Source: Candidatus Kapaibacterium sp. (GTDB lineage: Bacteria > Bacteroidota > Ignavibacteria > OLB7). Taken from it: a stretch of DNA of 36,482 nucleotides. The notes under the pieces are model-generated. The model was not told the DNA's origin, ran no database searches, and saw only the letters and a program-made list of their open reading frames with translations. This document shows, piece by piece, positions 16,548-26,614 of the stretch. The stretch spans positions 1 through 36,482 of the forward strand of contig JBFWSB010000004.1 in assembly GCA_050248595.1 (NCBI GenBank), read 5' to 3'. Numbering within the stretch: the first letter of the stretch is position 1; each line of letters opens with the position of its first letter. Position numbers and translations under genes: made by a program.

Positions 16548-17324
16548 ATGATTCGCATACTTGCGCTGTTACTCACCACATCGCTCATTTGTTCCTACCC
16601 CTTGCTGGCACAGGACGAAGAAGGTTCTGAAGAATGGCGAGTGCTCTTCTCCGAAGGGGAAGCCGACACACTTGTGAAACCGGATGAAATCGTCTTCTTC
16701 TTGTCAATTGAGGCAAGCCACCTCGACATTGACTCCGCACAAGCGGCTTATGAGAAGAAGATGGCGAAGTTGACTGAGTTGACGAAGAAGATGAATATCA
16801 AGGGGGAAGACATTCGGATGGATCTTCTCGACATTGAACCAGAGAATCTTGTCCACGGGAACAACGGAACGGACTTCAACCCGAGGGCATTTTCGTCAAA
16901 TTCTGACGAACCAGAGTTGAAGGAATATTACGTAATGCGGTCGATTACACTAACGCTACGAGACCAATCGAAGTACACCTCTTTCCTTGCAGAACTCCTT
17001 CGACTTGGGATTGAGATGCGCCGCTCCCCCCTCTACAGAGTTTCAAACTCGGATGCTATTCGAGACACGCTAACCTTGCGCGCAATTCGGAATGCCCGCC
17101 AACGTGCCGAAGCCTTGGCTCGCGAACTGGGGATGAGAGTAGCCAATCCGATTCGGGTGGGACAGGCTGATTGGTACGATGCCTCAAGCTATTCTTCCTA
17201 CTCACCATACAACAACTCTTATGGTGGTTACTCCAATCCCGAAGGACAGCAATCCTTGTTGACTCCAGATAGGATATCGTTCAGCCTCTCGGTGAGCGTT
17301 ACATTCCAGATTGTTCCCGAATAG
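16548..17324 (+). CDS. SIMPL (DUF541) domain periplasmic protein
   Basis: Signal peptide; GEADTLVKPD, AIRNARQRAEALARELG and C-terminal SVSVTFQI. Confidence 0.88.
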   Translation: MIRILALLLTTSLICSYPLLAQDEEGSEEWRVLFSEGEADTLVKPDEIVFFLSIEASHLDIDSAQAAYEKKMAKLTELTKKMNIKGEDIRMDLLDIEPENLVHGNNGTDFNPRAFSSNSDEPELKEYYVMRSITLTLRDQSKYTSFLAELLRLGIEMRRSPLYRVSNSDAIRDTLTLRAIRNARQRAEALARELGMRVANPIRVGQADWYDASSYSSYSPYNNSYGGYSNPEGQQSLLTPDRISFSLSVSVTFQIVPE

Positions 17325-17386
17325 CTTTCCGATCAACGAAGTGAGAAAGAGAAGTACACAGAGACCACGGAACGTTTCAGGATAGT

Positions 17387-18280
17387 ATGACGGCAACATC
17401 TTCTCGCAGTGGAGTGAGCGCAAGAGTTCAATTAATGCGGCCAAGTCATTGGCTGAAGAACGTCTTCGTCTTCGCCCCCTTAGTCTACAGCAAAACACTC
17501 TTCCAGTTCGACTATCTGCTTCCAGCAATTGAAGCATTTGGTGCTTTCTGTCTTATCAGTTCTGCTGTCTATATCTTCAACGATATAGCCGACCGCGAAG
17601 CCGACGCAGAGCATCCGAAGAAACGGTTCCGTCCAATTCCGTCTGGTGCTGTTAGTCCAACCTCTGCTTGGATACAGCTTGCCGTGGTGCTTCTATCTGC
17701 TGGTCTGCTCCTATCAGCACTCCCCTGGCGAGCCGGGTTGTTAATCGGCATCTACCTTGTTATCAACGCTGCCTATTCTCTGGGACTAAAGCACGTTGTC
17801 CTGCTCGACATCTTTATTATCGCCGCTGGCTTTATGCTGCGCGTCCTAACTGGAGCTTACGCAATCGACGTTCCTGTCTCGAACTGGCTTGTGATATGCA
17901 CTCTCTTCCTCTCACTCTTCTTAGGTGTGGCAAAGCGTCGAAGTGAAATCAACAATATGGAGCGAGGCCAGTCCCGAAAAGTGTTGGATGACTACACACC
18001 AGAGCTTGTCCGAACAATAATGATTGTCTCGGTTGCCGGATCGATTATGAGCTATACGCTCTACACACTTACTGATCGAGTAGTTGAGATTTTTGGAACC
18101 GACAAGCTTATCTACACAGTTCCAATAGTGATGTTCGGCATGTTCCGCTATCTCTACTTAGATGAGAAGAAACAGACGGCAGAGAATCCGGTTGCAGTTG
18201 TTGCGCGTGATCCGTCACTCATCCTAACCGCCTTAGCTTGGGGAGTGGTCTCGTTAGCGGTGATATATTGGGAGATGTAG
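17387..18280 (+). CDS. UbiA-family prenyltransferase (decaprenyl-phosphate phosphoribosyltransferase-like)
   Basis: MRPSHWLKN, YIFNDIADREADAEHPKKRFRPIPSG, AYSLGLKH and KRRSE motifs; multiple TM helices. Confidence 0.92.
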   Translation: MTATSSRSGVSARVQLMRPSHWLKNVFVFAPLVYSKTLFQFDYLLPAIEAFGAFCLISSAVYIFNDIADREADAEHPKKRFRPIPSGAVSPTSAWIQLAVVLLSAGLLLSALPWRAGLLIGIYLVINAAYSLGLKHVVLLDIFIIAAGFMLRVLTGAYAIDVPVSNWLVICTLFLSLFLGVAKRRSEINNMERGQSRKVLDDYTPELVRTIMIVSVAGSIMSYTLYTLTDRVVEIFGTDKLIYTVPIVMFGMFRYLYLDEKKQTAENPVAVVARDPSLILTALAWGVVSLAVIYWEM

Positions 18281-18319
18281 TAGTCAGAAATTCCAAGTCT
18301 GATTCTATACTTAGTGAAT

Positions 18320-19390
18320 TCAAGTAGCCGGAATTGGACTATCTTTTTCCGCTTTGATATCCCCCCCCATCAACCTTGCCAACGGCTTCAGTTCATCGAT
18401 GTTCTCGAAGATAATTTTTAGGATGGAGGTCATCGGAACAGCGATAATCATACCAACAATTCCCCAGAGCCACCCCCAGAAGATGAGGGCAACCAAGATT
18501 ACGAGAGGGCTTAAGTTCAGACTGAAAGCCATCATCTTTGGCTCTACAACATTCCCCATCACTGTCTGCATTCCTACCAGAATAACGAGAATGATAAGTG
18601 GGGTGACGACTGAATCAAACTGGAGGAAGGCAAGAAGAACAGGAAAGACTTCCGCCAAGAGTGAGCCAATGTTTGGAATGTAGTTCAGCAGAAAGGCGAG
18701 GAATCCCCAGAAGAGAGCGAAGTCCACACCGAAAATCCAGAGAACCACTGTTGTCAGCACTCCGGTAATCAGACTTATCAAGGTCTTAGTGAGAATGTAC
18801 TGTCGCACTTGGGTATCGATCCGTTCAATAATTGTGGCGATCTTTTCGGAATGCTCTCGTCGGAATCCCACTCGAAGTTTCGCGGCCATGTGGCCACTGG
18901 AAGCGAGGATGAAGAACATATAGAGCATCACCAGAATCACGTTGCCGAGGAAGGTGACAGTTGTGCCGAGGCTTGAACTTAGAACGGAGGTGATCGACGA
19001 GACATCAAACACTGTCCACCAGTCGAAGTCACTTACGGGCAGTCCATAACGAGTGGCGAGAGAACGAATAGTGCCATCAATTTCAGATGCAAGCCCGTTA
19101 ACCCGATCCTGATATTTCGGAGCCTCGGCCACAAATGAATCAATGCTCGAGTAGACGACAAACGAGACACCGAACAACACTCCAGCAATAGTGACAAAGA
19201 CAATAAGCAGCGAGATAACGGTAGGAATTTGTCGTTTCTTCAGCCAGAGAACCATTGGCTTGAAGAGATAGGAAAGGAAAACAGCAACGACGAGGGGAAG
19301 TAGAATTGATGCGAGGAGGTTGAGCACAACTCCCACAACAAAGGTGGCAATGATGGCCAAAAGAGCGATGATAACTTTGCTCTCCTTCAT
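18320..19390 (-). CDS. AI-2E (PerM/TqsA) family transporter
   Basis: LLNYIPNIGS, GNVVEPKMM...LNLSP and WGWLWGIVGMIIAVP motifs. Probable start MKESKV at 19390. Confidence 0.93.
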   Translation of the reverse strand: MKESKVIIALLAIIATFVVGVVLNLLASILLPLVVAVFLSYLFKPMVLWLKKRQIPTVISLLIVFVTIAGVLFGVSFVVYSSIDSFVAEAPKYQDRVNGLASEIDGTIRSLATRYGLPVSDFDWWTVFDVSSITSVLSSSLGTTVTFLGNVILVMLYMFFILASSGHMAAKLRVGFRREHSEKIATIIERIDTQVRQYILTKTLISLITGVLTTVVLWIFGVDFALFWGFLAFLLNYIPNIGSLLAEVFPVLLAFLQFDSVVTPLIILVILVGMQTVMGNVVEPKMMAFSLNLSPLVILVALIFWGWLWGIVGMIIAVPMTSILKIIFENIDELKPLARLMGGDIKAEKDSPIPAT

Positions 19391-19703
19391 GATGTTCCCC
19401 CGCTTGTGGTATGCAAAACAAGTTCTGATTAACTCAGCGACAAATATACGATTTCCCTTCACTGAGTCTCTCTTCCCATGCTTTCTTCGCTCCTCATCTA
19501 AAGTGATCGAGGATAAATGGGGCGTAGCACCTCACTTGAATGTCTGTCATCCTTTTCATAACAGATGGCTATAGATCCGTATTCATTCGCGTTAATCTGT
19601 CGAATCTGTGTACAATTTCATCGAGCAATCATCTCTGGTTGGGGATCGTACACGAATGACGCGAATCGGGCGGGATTTTCACAGATTGAGTGACCGAGAA
19701 TGA

Positions 19704-19735
19704 AAGCGGGCTATGACATCAGCCATAGCCCGCTT
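19704..19735 (-). terminator. Hairpin / probable terminator after the Cys-rich gene
   Basis: Perfect 12-bp stem AAGCGGGCTATG / CATAGCCCGCTT, 36 bp past the stop; the U-tract is short. Confidence 0.7.
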
Positions 19736-19771
19736 AATATTTATATTTCAAACAATCGTAATGCTACACTC

Positions 19772-20113
19772 TTAGTTGAGTTCAGCTTCTGGTGTGCTCT
19801 CTTCGCTCTTAGCCCCATGCTTGCTCTCCCAATCACACTTGGTATTGCACTTCTTCTGACAATCGGCCTTTGCTTCCCCTCTACACTCAGCCTTCGTTGC
19901 GCACTCCTTCTGTGAGTCGCACGATTTTTTTGCCTCGATGCTTCGCTTATGCCAATCGCAATCCTCTACCGAAGTAGCTTTATACGAACACTCAGTTGTT
20001 TTGCCATCAACTCCTTCATCCTTAGCTGTGCTTCCTGCATAGAGGAATGTATAGCTAAGGATACCAACTGCTGCTACCAGCAGCGTAGCCATAAGTAGAA
20101 CAGATTTTTTCAT
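19772..20113 (-). CDS. Small exported or membrane-anchored Cys/Lys/Glu-rich protein (113 aa)
   Basis: Probable start MKKSVLLMATLLVAAVGIL at 20113; 8 Cys in a charged low-complexity region. Confidence 0.75.
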   Translation of the reverse strand: MKKSVLLMATLLVAAVGILSYTFLYAGSTAKDEGVDGKTTECSYKATSVEDCDWHKRSIEAKKSCDSQKECATKAECRGEAKADCQKKCNTKCDWESKHGAKSEESTPEAELN

Positions 20114-20192
20114 ATGATTTTCAGTTTTGTATGGTGAGAAAAGTTTGTTGTGATACACCACATCGCGTCGAGTGAACTTAGGGAATAGGTTC

Positions 20193-22619
20193 TTACTTCA
20201 CAAGTGTAATCTTTCTACTGAGACTGCTACCATCTTCAAAACGAACTCGAACGTAGTAGATACCAGATCGCAAATCTCTACTGTCAACTTGAATGCTCGA
20301 CTCCCCTTCTAACAGACTTCCTCGATAGATTGTCGCGACAGATCGTCCAGCAACATCAAGCAAATCTACCTGAAGGTTACGGGCACTCGTTGGCAACGTA
20401 AGTCGAAGAAGACCATTATCAGTTAACGGATTAGGGAGTAGTTGCAGGTTGGCTCCCGCAAATCTTCCCCCACCTTTCACACCGCTACTAATCCCTGTGT
20501 CACTTACGAGAAAGTCGTCGAGACCAGCCTCCACCCACCCTTGCTCAGCCGAGTCGGCAGCCACAATACGGAACCGCATCCGGGAAGTCGGGGTCATATA
20601 GTCTGCAACGCGGAGTTTGAATTCTGTCCACTCCTGCACTCCATCTTCCAACGTCAACACATCTTCCCAAGAATCTCCTCCATTATTTGAGAGGCGAATG
20701 TAGAGCCGATCATCCTTGGCGAAGAAGCTGAAGGCTTGATTTACATACCAAAGCCAAAATGAAATGTGTGGATCGCCGTAGGTGGTCAGGTCAAACTCAG
20801 GTGAGGTAAGAGTTACACGTCCAGAATCAATGTCGGAGGATCCGGGCGACGGTTGTTCCGCATCAATGATACCAGTGTAGAAAGCCTTTACTCCATCGGG
20901 CGTATGGTCATCCCCCGGCTCAACAATCACTGGAGGCTCTCCCTGAATCTGCAATCGCAATTCGGGGCCGTCACCTCGCTCCCACATTCCTGAGGAAGCA
21001 CCATCATCGTCTGGCTCACCAAGACTCCAACCTAAATCAAGCTCGGCATCATCGCTATATCCTCGCTGCATCACAATCCGAATGTCACCCTCAACTTCGG
21101 AAGGTACTTGCACAGTCTTAGGCAGCCATCCCCAAGCACCAACGCGCAGAGTGTATCCGCTGTCGGCTGGTAGTTGCAACGTGGAGAGTTCTCCGCTTAC
21201 CCCTTCCCCTCGCGACTCAATATCGAAAGCAAACGTTGTGATCTCCTTATCGGTCTTCGCATCAATCGGAAGAATGTGAACTGAACGAAGGCGGAGAGGT
21301 GAGAGAAGGATTTCGACGTTGGCTCCATCACTGGAGAGAGTGAATGCCCCCTCCCGCAGCTTATAGTTCAACAGGCGAACTGCAAAATTGGTCTCCCCCT
21401 CAGCAGCTAACACCTGAAAATGTCCACTTGCACCAGTTGTGATACTTCGTCCTAACTCTGGAAGATCAACAATAGCACCCGACAGTGGAAGTCCGGTAAC
21501 CGAGTCCCGGACTGTACCATTCACCAGACCTTTCTTAGCACCGTCGAAGGTGAAGACATGGAGTCCGGTTGTCATATCACTGGCAATGATCTTTCCACTT
21601 TCGAAGTAAGGGTAGACCTCCCAATTTCCAAACGTTCGCGAATTGCTCCCTGGAACCATATCGTAGAACCCGATTTCTACTGGGTTGACCGGATCCGAAA
21701 TATCTACAATCCGTGCTCCCGCAGTATACCAGGCAATGTAAGCTACAGTTCCCTTAATGTGAACGTTGTGAATTGTCTGCCCCTCTACTGGCGTCCAGTC
21801 GGCAGCCTTGACAATATCGTCGATGTCAGAGAGGTCCCACACTTTCAACGTTTTCGGTGTACTCCCTACTTCATCGGTTGTCATTAGGTAGCGGCCATCA
21901 ATCGTCAGGTCTGCATTGTGGGTTCCGGCTCCGGGATAACTAATCTCGGTTACGAGTTGGGGATCCTTCCGATCTTTCCCGAGATAGACAATGTCGAGAC
22001 GACCGTCGTTGATCATTGCTGCATACATCGTGTCGTTCCGGACTGCCGCATCGTGGACATATCCGCGATCGTATTGGCCAACAAGTACCGGGTTCAGGGG
22101 ATCGGTGGCAACATCGAAAATTAATGTCCCCTGGTTCGCCCCTGCCTCTACATTAGAGCCATGCACGTAGAGCCATGCTCCTTCCTGATCAATCGTATGC
22201 CCAGTACGAAACGTAGTCATATCTGACTTGATGAGCGAAGCACTCTCTGGCAGGTTCCTCAAGTCGATAATCTGCATACCAGCTCCCCCTTCACTAACGA
22301 CATAGGCAAACGTACCGAACGTTTTCATTTCACGCCATCCACTGTTAGGTCCGGCAATGAAGGCAACTTCCTTTATTGGTTGCTCGGTAATGTCGATGAT
22401 GTGTGTGCCGGTAAATCCACCGAGCAAAGCATATTCACGCCCATTAGGAGCAGTGTATCCCCAAAGTGCTGAATACCGACCACTCGCCTCAGGGTTTGGG
22501 TTCAGCGTGTCGTAGAGAGCCGTATTGTAGAAAACGGTCTCCTGTGCTTGAGACAGGGTTCCAGAGAAGAATAGAATCGTTGTTGCAAAGAGCATACAAC
22601 GGAATATGGTGAGTGCCAT
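20193..22619 (-). CDS. Choice-of-anchor B / LVIVD-repeat protein with carboxypeptidase-regulatory-like domain and T9SS type A C-terminal sorting domain
   Basis: Signal peptide; WGYTAPNGREYAL, WREMK, YVHDA, TTDE, WEVYPY, GTVRDSVTGLPLSGA; C-terminal PNP...LRSGIYYVR...SRKITLVK. Confidence 0.9.
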   Translation of the reverse strand: MALTIFRCMLFATTILFFSGTLSQAQETVFYNTALYDTLNPNPEASGRYSALWGYTAPNGREYALLGGFTGTHIIDITEQPIKEVAFIAGPNSGWREMKTFGTFAYVVSEGGAGMQIIDLRNLPESASLIKSDMTTFRTGHTIDQEGAWLYVHGSNVEAGANQGTLIFDVATDPLNPVLVGQYDRGYVHDAAVRNDTMYAAMINDGRLDIVYLGKDRKDPQLVTEISYPGAGTHNADLTIDGRYLMTTDEVGSTPKTLKVWDLSDIDDIVKAADWTPVEGQTIHNVHIKGTVAYIAWYTAGARIVDISDPVNPVEIGFYDMVPGSNSRTFGNWEVYPYFESGKIIASDMTTGLHVFTFDGAKKGLVNGTVRDSVTGLPLSGAIVDLPELGRSITTGASGHFQVLAAEGETNFAVRLLNYKLREGAFTLSSDGANVEILLSPLRLRSVHILPIDAKTDKEITTFAFDIESRGEGVSGELSTLQLPADSGYTLRVGAWGWLPKTVQVPSEVEGDIRIVMQRGYSDDAELDLGWSLGEPDDDGASSGMWERGDGPELRLQIQGEPPVIVEPGDDHTPDGVKAFYTGIIDAEQPSPGSSDIDSGRVTLTSPEFDLTTYGDPHISFWLWYVNQAFSFFAKDDRLYIRLSNNGGDSWEDVLTLEDGVQEWTEFKLRVADYMTPTSRMRFRIVAADSAEQGWVEAGLDDFLVSDTGISSGVKGGGRFAGANLQLLPNPLTDNGLLRLTLPTSARNLQVDLLDVAGRSVATIYRGSLLEGESSIQVDSRDLRSGIYYVRVRFEDGSSLSRKITLVK

Positions 22620-22709
22620 GTAGTATAGATAAGCGATATTAAGTTTTATAGTGGTGCAAGATACACCGCATCAGGTTATTTGTTTCTCGGTTTTCGATCT
22701 CGTTGCAAC

Positions 22710-23360
22710 ATGAGCCAGAAAGAACAGATACGACAAGCGATTGTGGAGAGTCGAATCATCGCAGTGATTCGCGAGCAGAACCCGGACGACGTTCCGCCAC
22801 TGATAGAGGGACTGCTACATTCAGGTATTACTTCTATTGAGATTACTCTCACTACTCCAACTGCACTGGAGCTTATCAGCCACTATGCCAAACAGGAAAA
22901 TCTGTTAGTAGGTGCTGGCAGTCTCTTCCACCCGAACGATGCTGAGCAAGCCTTTGAAGCTGGCGCGCAATTCTATGCAAGCCCATGTTTTGATCCTTCC
23001 CTTATTGGCATTGCACACGATGCAGGTTGCATAGCCATACCGGGAGGCTTGACACCGAACGAACTCTACACTGCTTGGAAAGGGGGAGCCGATCTTGTTA
23101 AAGTCTTTCCAATGCCAGAGAATGGGGAAGCCTACCTTCGCTCTCTCTTGGGGCCGATGCCGAACCTCCCTTTAGCTCCGTCGGGAGGAATAACAGATAG
23201 AACTGGAGTGAAGTTACTCCAGGCAGGGGCAATGGTGCTGAATGTAGGGTCGTGGCTTACTCCAATGTGCCAGACTGTACAAGAAAGAGTCGAAGAGACT
23301 CGACGAAGGGGAAAGCTCCTTGTGGAGAGCGTGCAACAGTGGAAGGAGAATCAGGGATAG
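22710..23360 (+). CDS. eda: KDPG/KHG aldolase family protein
   Basis: IIAVIR, IEITL, VGAGS, PGGLTPNE, Schiff-base VKVFP and PSGGI motifs. Probable start MSQKEQ at 22710. Confidence 0.88.
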   Translation: MSQKEQIRQAIVESRIIAVIREQNPDDVPPLIEGLLHSGITSIEITLTTPTALELISHYAKQENLLVGAGSLFHPNDAEQAFEAGAQFYASPCFDPSLIGIAHDAGCIAIPGGLTPNELYTAWKGGADLVKVFPMPENGEAYLRSLLGPMPNLPLAPSGGITDRTGVKLLQAGAMVLNVGSWLTPMCQTVQERVEETRRRGKLLVESVQQWKENQG

Positions 23361-23415
23361 TTGGGCGTGATACCCCAGAACGCTTGTTCCTTGTCGGTGT
23401 GTAGAATCAGAATAT

Positions 23416-24810
23416 CTACTTCTGTAGAATGATAAACTCCGTTCTCCTGTTAAGGCGACGGTTATCTTCCGTGTCATTCAACGCTGTTGGTCTGGACTCT
23501 CCGTAGCCGACAGTGAAAAGTCGATCTGCCAAGATGCCTCGACTCACCATATACCTCTTGACAGACTCTGCCCGCAAGCGCGAAAGGCGTTGGTTGTATA
23601 ACTCTTCCCCCACATCATCTGTGTGCCCCTCAATTTTAATCCTGAGAGTAGGGCGAGCCTTCATCAACGTAACCAGATAGTCAAGCTCCGGCATCGACTC
23701 CCGCTCAATGTCATAGCGGTTGTAAGCAAAGTGGATATTGTCCAGTACAAGCTTCCGCCCCACTTCAAGAACAGCAAAGCTTTTACGGGAGACCTGGCCA
23801 CTTCCTGGAATGCGCAATTCTACTTCTATTGAGTCAGGAATCAAATCGGCTCTGGAACGATACGTGGCATTGTAGAGAGAGGTCATTGTCTCCACAAAGT
23901 CATTGAGGATTTGTGCAAAGGGTTGGTTGATGTCGAATGTCCGTCCACCAGTTCGTTCAGAAATCTCGTAGTATCCTTTGATCGAGGGATCGACAATGTT
24001 GAACACACGTATATCTTGTCGCTCCAACACCACACCAATAGTCCGCTCGGTATAGCGAGTACGTCCAAATCCATTCTCGTTGTAGCTGTGGTAGGGGGCA
24101 TCAGTCACGAGGACAGCAACCCGGTTTGCACTCGAGCGGAAGTTCATACCTGTAGCGGCTCGCAATCCTTCCAGCGCGTTCTCTGCTTTATCACCACCTC
24201 CACTTACCTCGATTGCATCGATCCACTTCTTGAACTGTTCGATATCGTCTGTCATCCAGTGACGTGTTGACACGTTGTCGTCGAAGACAATGAGTCCAAG
24301 GCGATAGTCTATCCCCTTTGCTGCCAATCGAGTTGTGAACTCGTCAATGTTTGCCTTCACCGCATCGATCTCGTCTCTCATGCTCCCCGTGTGGTCGATC
24401 ACAAAAACGAAGTCGATAGGGACACGGTTGTTGCTGGTAATCAGCGAGAGGTCAATTACTTCCTGATCTACCTGATTCTCAGTAATCAGAATATCACTCT
24501 TCCTCAGCGTGTCAATAAAGTTGTGCTCTCTATCGAACACATCGAAAATGATACCAACGTTTGGGAAGCGAGTAATATCGATGTTGCGCACGGAGACTCG
24601 TAAGGCTGAATCGACGGTTAGGACAGCAGTTGACTTCAGCCGCTCTTCCTCGCTTACTGTGTCTGACGAGCGCTTTTGTGGTTGTGCAGAAATTGGTAGG
24701 GACAAGAAGAGACAGAGCCAAAGAAAAATTCCGGCTATGCGTTTGATTGCCGTTTGATATGGAGGAGTTGTGTTCACCATAAATTCCAGGCTATTACAGG
24801 GCGACGTCAT
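23416..24810 (-). CDS. vWA domain + OmpA-like peptidoglycan-binding domain protein
   Basis: MIDAS-like FVIDHTGSM and VTDAP; OmpA_C motifs IEGHTDDVG, LSRLRAESV, GYGESRP and NRRTEF. Start is 24810 or 24780. Confidence 0.93.
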   Translation of the reverse strand: MTSPCNSLEFMVNTTPPYQTAIKRIAGIFLWLCLFLSLPISAQPQKRSSDTVSEEERLKSTAVLTVDSALRVSVRNIDITRFPNVGIIFDVFDREHNFIDTLRKSDILITENQVDQEVIDLSLITSNNRVPIDFVFVIDHTGSMRDEIDAVKANIDEFTTRLAAKGIDYRLGLIVFDDNVSTRHWMTDDIEQFKKWIDAIEVSGGGDKAENALEGLRAATGMNFRSSANRVAVLVTDAPYHSYNENGFGRTRYTERTIGVVLERQDIRVFNIVDPSIKGYYEISERTGGRTFDINQPFAQILNDFVETMTSLYNATYRSRADLIPDSIEVELRIPGSGQVSRKSFAVLEVGRKLVLDNIHFAYNRYDIERESMPELDYLVTLMKARPTLRIKIEGHTDDVGEELYNQRLSRLRAESVKRYMVSRGILADRLFTVGYGESRPTALNDTEDNRRLNRRTEFIILQK

Positions 24811-24875
24811 ATTCGGACAAACAGGGTTAGGGTTACAGGGCTACAAAATCTACCGTTCAGTTCTAAAGGGGTTAC

Positions 24876-24893
24876 ACACAAAAAGCGTGCCGA
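24876..24893 (-). promoter_or_regulatory. Sigma54-like -24/-12 motif (variant -12) upstream of vWA-OmpA
   Basis: Minus strand TCGGCACGCTTTTTGTGT, GG-N10-GT; 16/18 identical to the motif at 1520-1537. Confidence 0.4.
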
Positions 24894-24896
24894 CAT

Positions 24897-24946
24897 AAAA
24901 AACTCCGCACAACGATGAGTAACAAGACTCGATTCATTGTGCGGAG
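24897..24946 (-). terminator. Intrinsic terminator of the 30393-25085 operon
   Basis: Stem CTCCGCACAA (24903-24912) / TTGTGCGGAG (24937-24946), followed on the minus strand by TTTTTT. Confidence 0.75.
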
Positions 24947-25084
24947 ACACCTCATAATGGTTCTGGTTTCGGAGAGGGAGATTATACCTTCATCTCTTCT
25001 CTTCACAGATAATGTACTACGACAGTACACCAAGTAGATTCGTTGTTTCAGCTTGCGTGATTATCGGATGATAATCTGATGCCA

Positions 25085-26548
25085 TCAGTCCAACATAAAA
25101 CGAAGGACAGGAGAGATCACGATAAACGGATTCTGCTCCCAAGGTGCAGCCTCGCTACGCAACAGTGGCGTTGAATACTTTGCTTGCAAGAAGAGCCAGT
25201 TCGGAACAACTGGAACAAACCCTGTAAGCAACAGATTGCGGTTGGCTAACTGTGCCGAAACACCGAATGGGAAATCTGACTGATTCAAGTATTCAATCTT
25301 GGCGTAGAGCCAATCTTGTACTTCGGTTGGATGTACAAGGCCACGATACTCAACATTGTTTGCCAGACCAACCGGACTTGCTCCCGGCCCCTCTTCAACG
25401 ATACCGGTCTGTGGATTCACACGACGCGTTGTCTCGCCATCAGGATCAAGCCAGTAATCCCCAACACGGAGCGCACCGACAGCGAACTCCTGATAGGACA
25501 TTCCGAGACTGAAGCGGACATAGTGCTCGTAGTTATCGAGCCACGTCTCCCAGAAAAGATTTCCCTGAGCAACCGTCCGCATGAAGTATGCCGAGCGAAT
25601 TGGGATATTCTGTCCCGGACGACCAGTTCCAATTGAATCTGGAACCCAGACAACTTCTTCGTTCCCCTTCACACTTTCGAAGCCAGCTCTCTTGTTGAAC
25701 GGAAGCTCGGTATAAAAGCCGATACCGAGATCATTAAGCTGTGGTAAACGGTACTCAGCCCGGACAATCGCCTTGGCTCCAATAGCACCATTCAATTTCC
25801 GTGGTGAGAAGATGTCGGCAACTGCATTTTGGTCTGGCACACCAAACTTCAAACGATAGCCGACACCGAGAGAAAACTTAAATGGATCGGGAACACCGTT
25901 AGCACGAAGCTCCTCATTATCCTGCCGAATAATTGGGTAGTCGATCAATGCTTTCCCCTGACCACCCGACCAGAAGGGATAGCCAACCTCGTCACTCCCA
26001 AGCAAATGCTCAAGGCGAGCACCAGTAGAGCCAATTTGGACAGCTTGGCGGAACAGACTAACGGCAACAAATTGCTTTGCATTCGTTGGATAGAAGACAC
26101 TTGGCACACGCTCTGTCCCAGTTTCGGTAATAGGCTTTGCTGGTGGAATCTCAGCATGAGCATATTGCCGACCAAGAATCTGCTGATATAGCTCGGCTCC
26201 TAAGGCTCCCTCAATTGCTTGACGGCTATTAAGTTCTGATCCAGGATATGACCCGGCCTTTATTTGCAGAATATCTTGCGGAGCAGTTGCTCCCCTCTCA
26301 AATGAAGCAGTTACCGTCATCGTATCGTTGGTGTTAACAGGAACACCAATCGATCGGAAATAGAGTGCCAACTTTGTTTTCAGATCTGCTTCTAAAATCC
26401 GCCATCTTGGGAAGTATCTTCCAACGTCAGGATCAATTGTATTGAGATCCTCGATATCTTTTTGTAACTCTGTTACGGTCGGCTCTTGAGCGTTTGCCAT
26501 CATATATCCGGCAAAAATCAAGGCCACTATAAAGACTGTCTTACGCAT
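25085..26548 (-). CDS. Hypothetical exported protein, probable outer-membrane beta-rich protein (paralogue of 26615-28471)
   Basis: Signal peptide (...MMANA-Q); amphipathic strands in the C-terminal two-thirds; shared motifs KIEY, P(F/Y)G, KYxTPL and PWE. Confidence 0.8.
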   Translation of the reverse strand: MRKTVFIVALIFAGYMMANAQEPTVTELQKDIEDLNTIDPDVGRYFPRWRILEADLKTKLALYFRSIGVPVNTNDTMTVTASFERGATAPQDILQIKAGSYPGSELNSRQAIEGALGAELYQQILGRQYAHAEIPPAKPITETGTERVPSVFYPTNAKQFVAVSLFRQAVQIGSTGARLEHLLGSDEVGYPFWSGGQGKALIDYPIIRQDNEELRANGVPDPFKFSLGVGYRLKFGVPDQNAVADIFSPRKLNGAIGAKAIVRAEYRLPQLNDLGIGFYTELPFNKRAGFESVKGNEEVVWVPDSIGTGRPGQNIPIRSAYFMRTVAQGNLFWETWLDNYEHYVRFSLGMSYQEFAVGALRVGDYWLDPDGETTRRVNPQTGIVEEGPGASPVGLANNVEYRGLVHPTEVQDWLYAKIEYLNQSDFPFGVSAQLANRNLLLTGFVPVVPNWLFLQAKYSTPLLRSEAAPWEQNPFIVISPVLRFMLD

Positions 26549-26614
26549 CGGTAGTATTGTTTAGGCTCTGTGATAGTGTACAAAACAATCCGTAGGAAAC
26601 TCGCGACATTTACG

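Noticed and set aside
19391-19462. Longer 380-aa start for the AI-2E transporter
   Set aside because: The extension precedes a typical MKESK + TM start at 19390.
19585-19667. Possible structured RNA upstream of the AI-2E gene (ATTCGCGTTA...TGACGCGAAT, GTGTAC...GTACAC)
   Set aside because: Pairing is short and interrupted, and I recognise no riboswitch consensus. An Rfam search would be needed.
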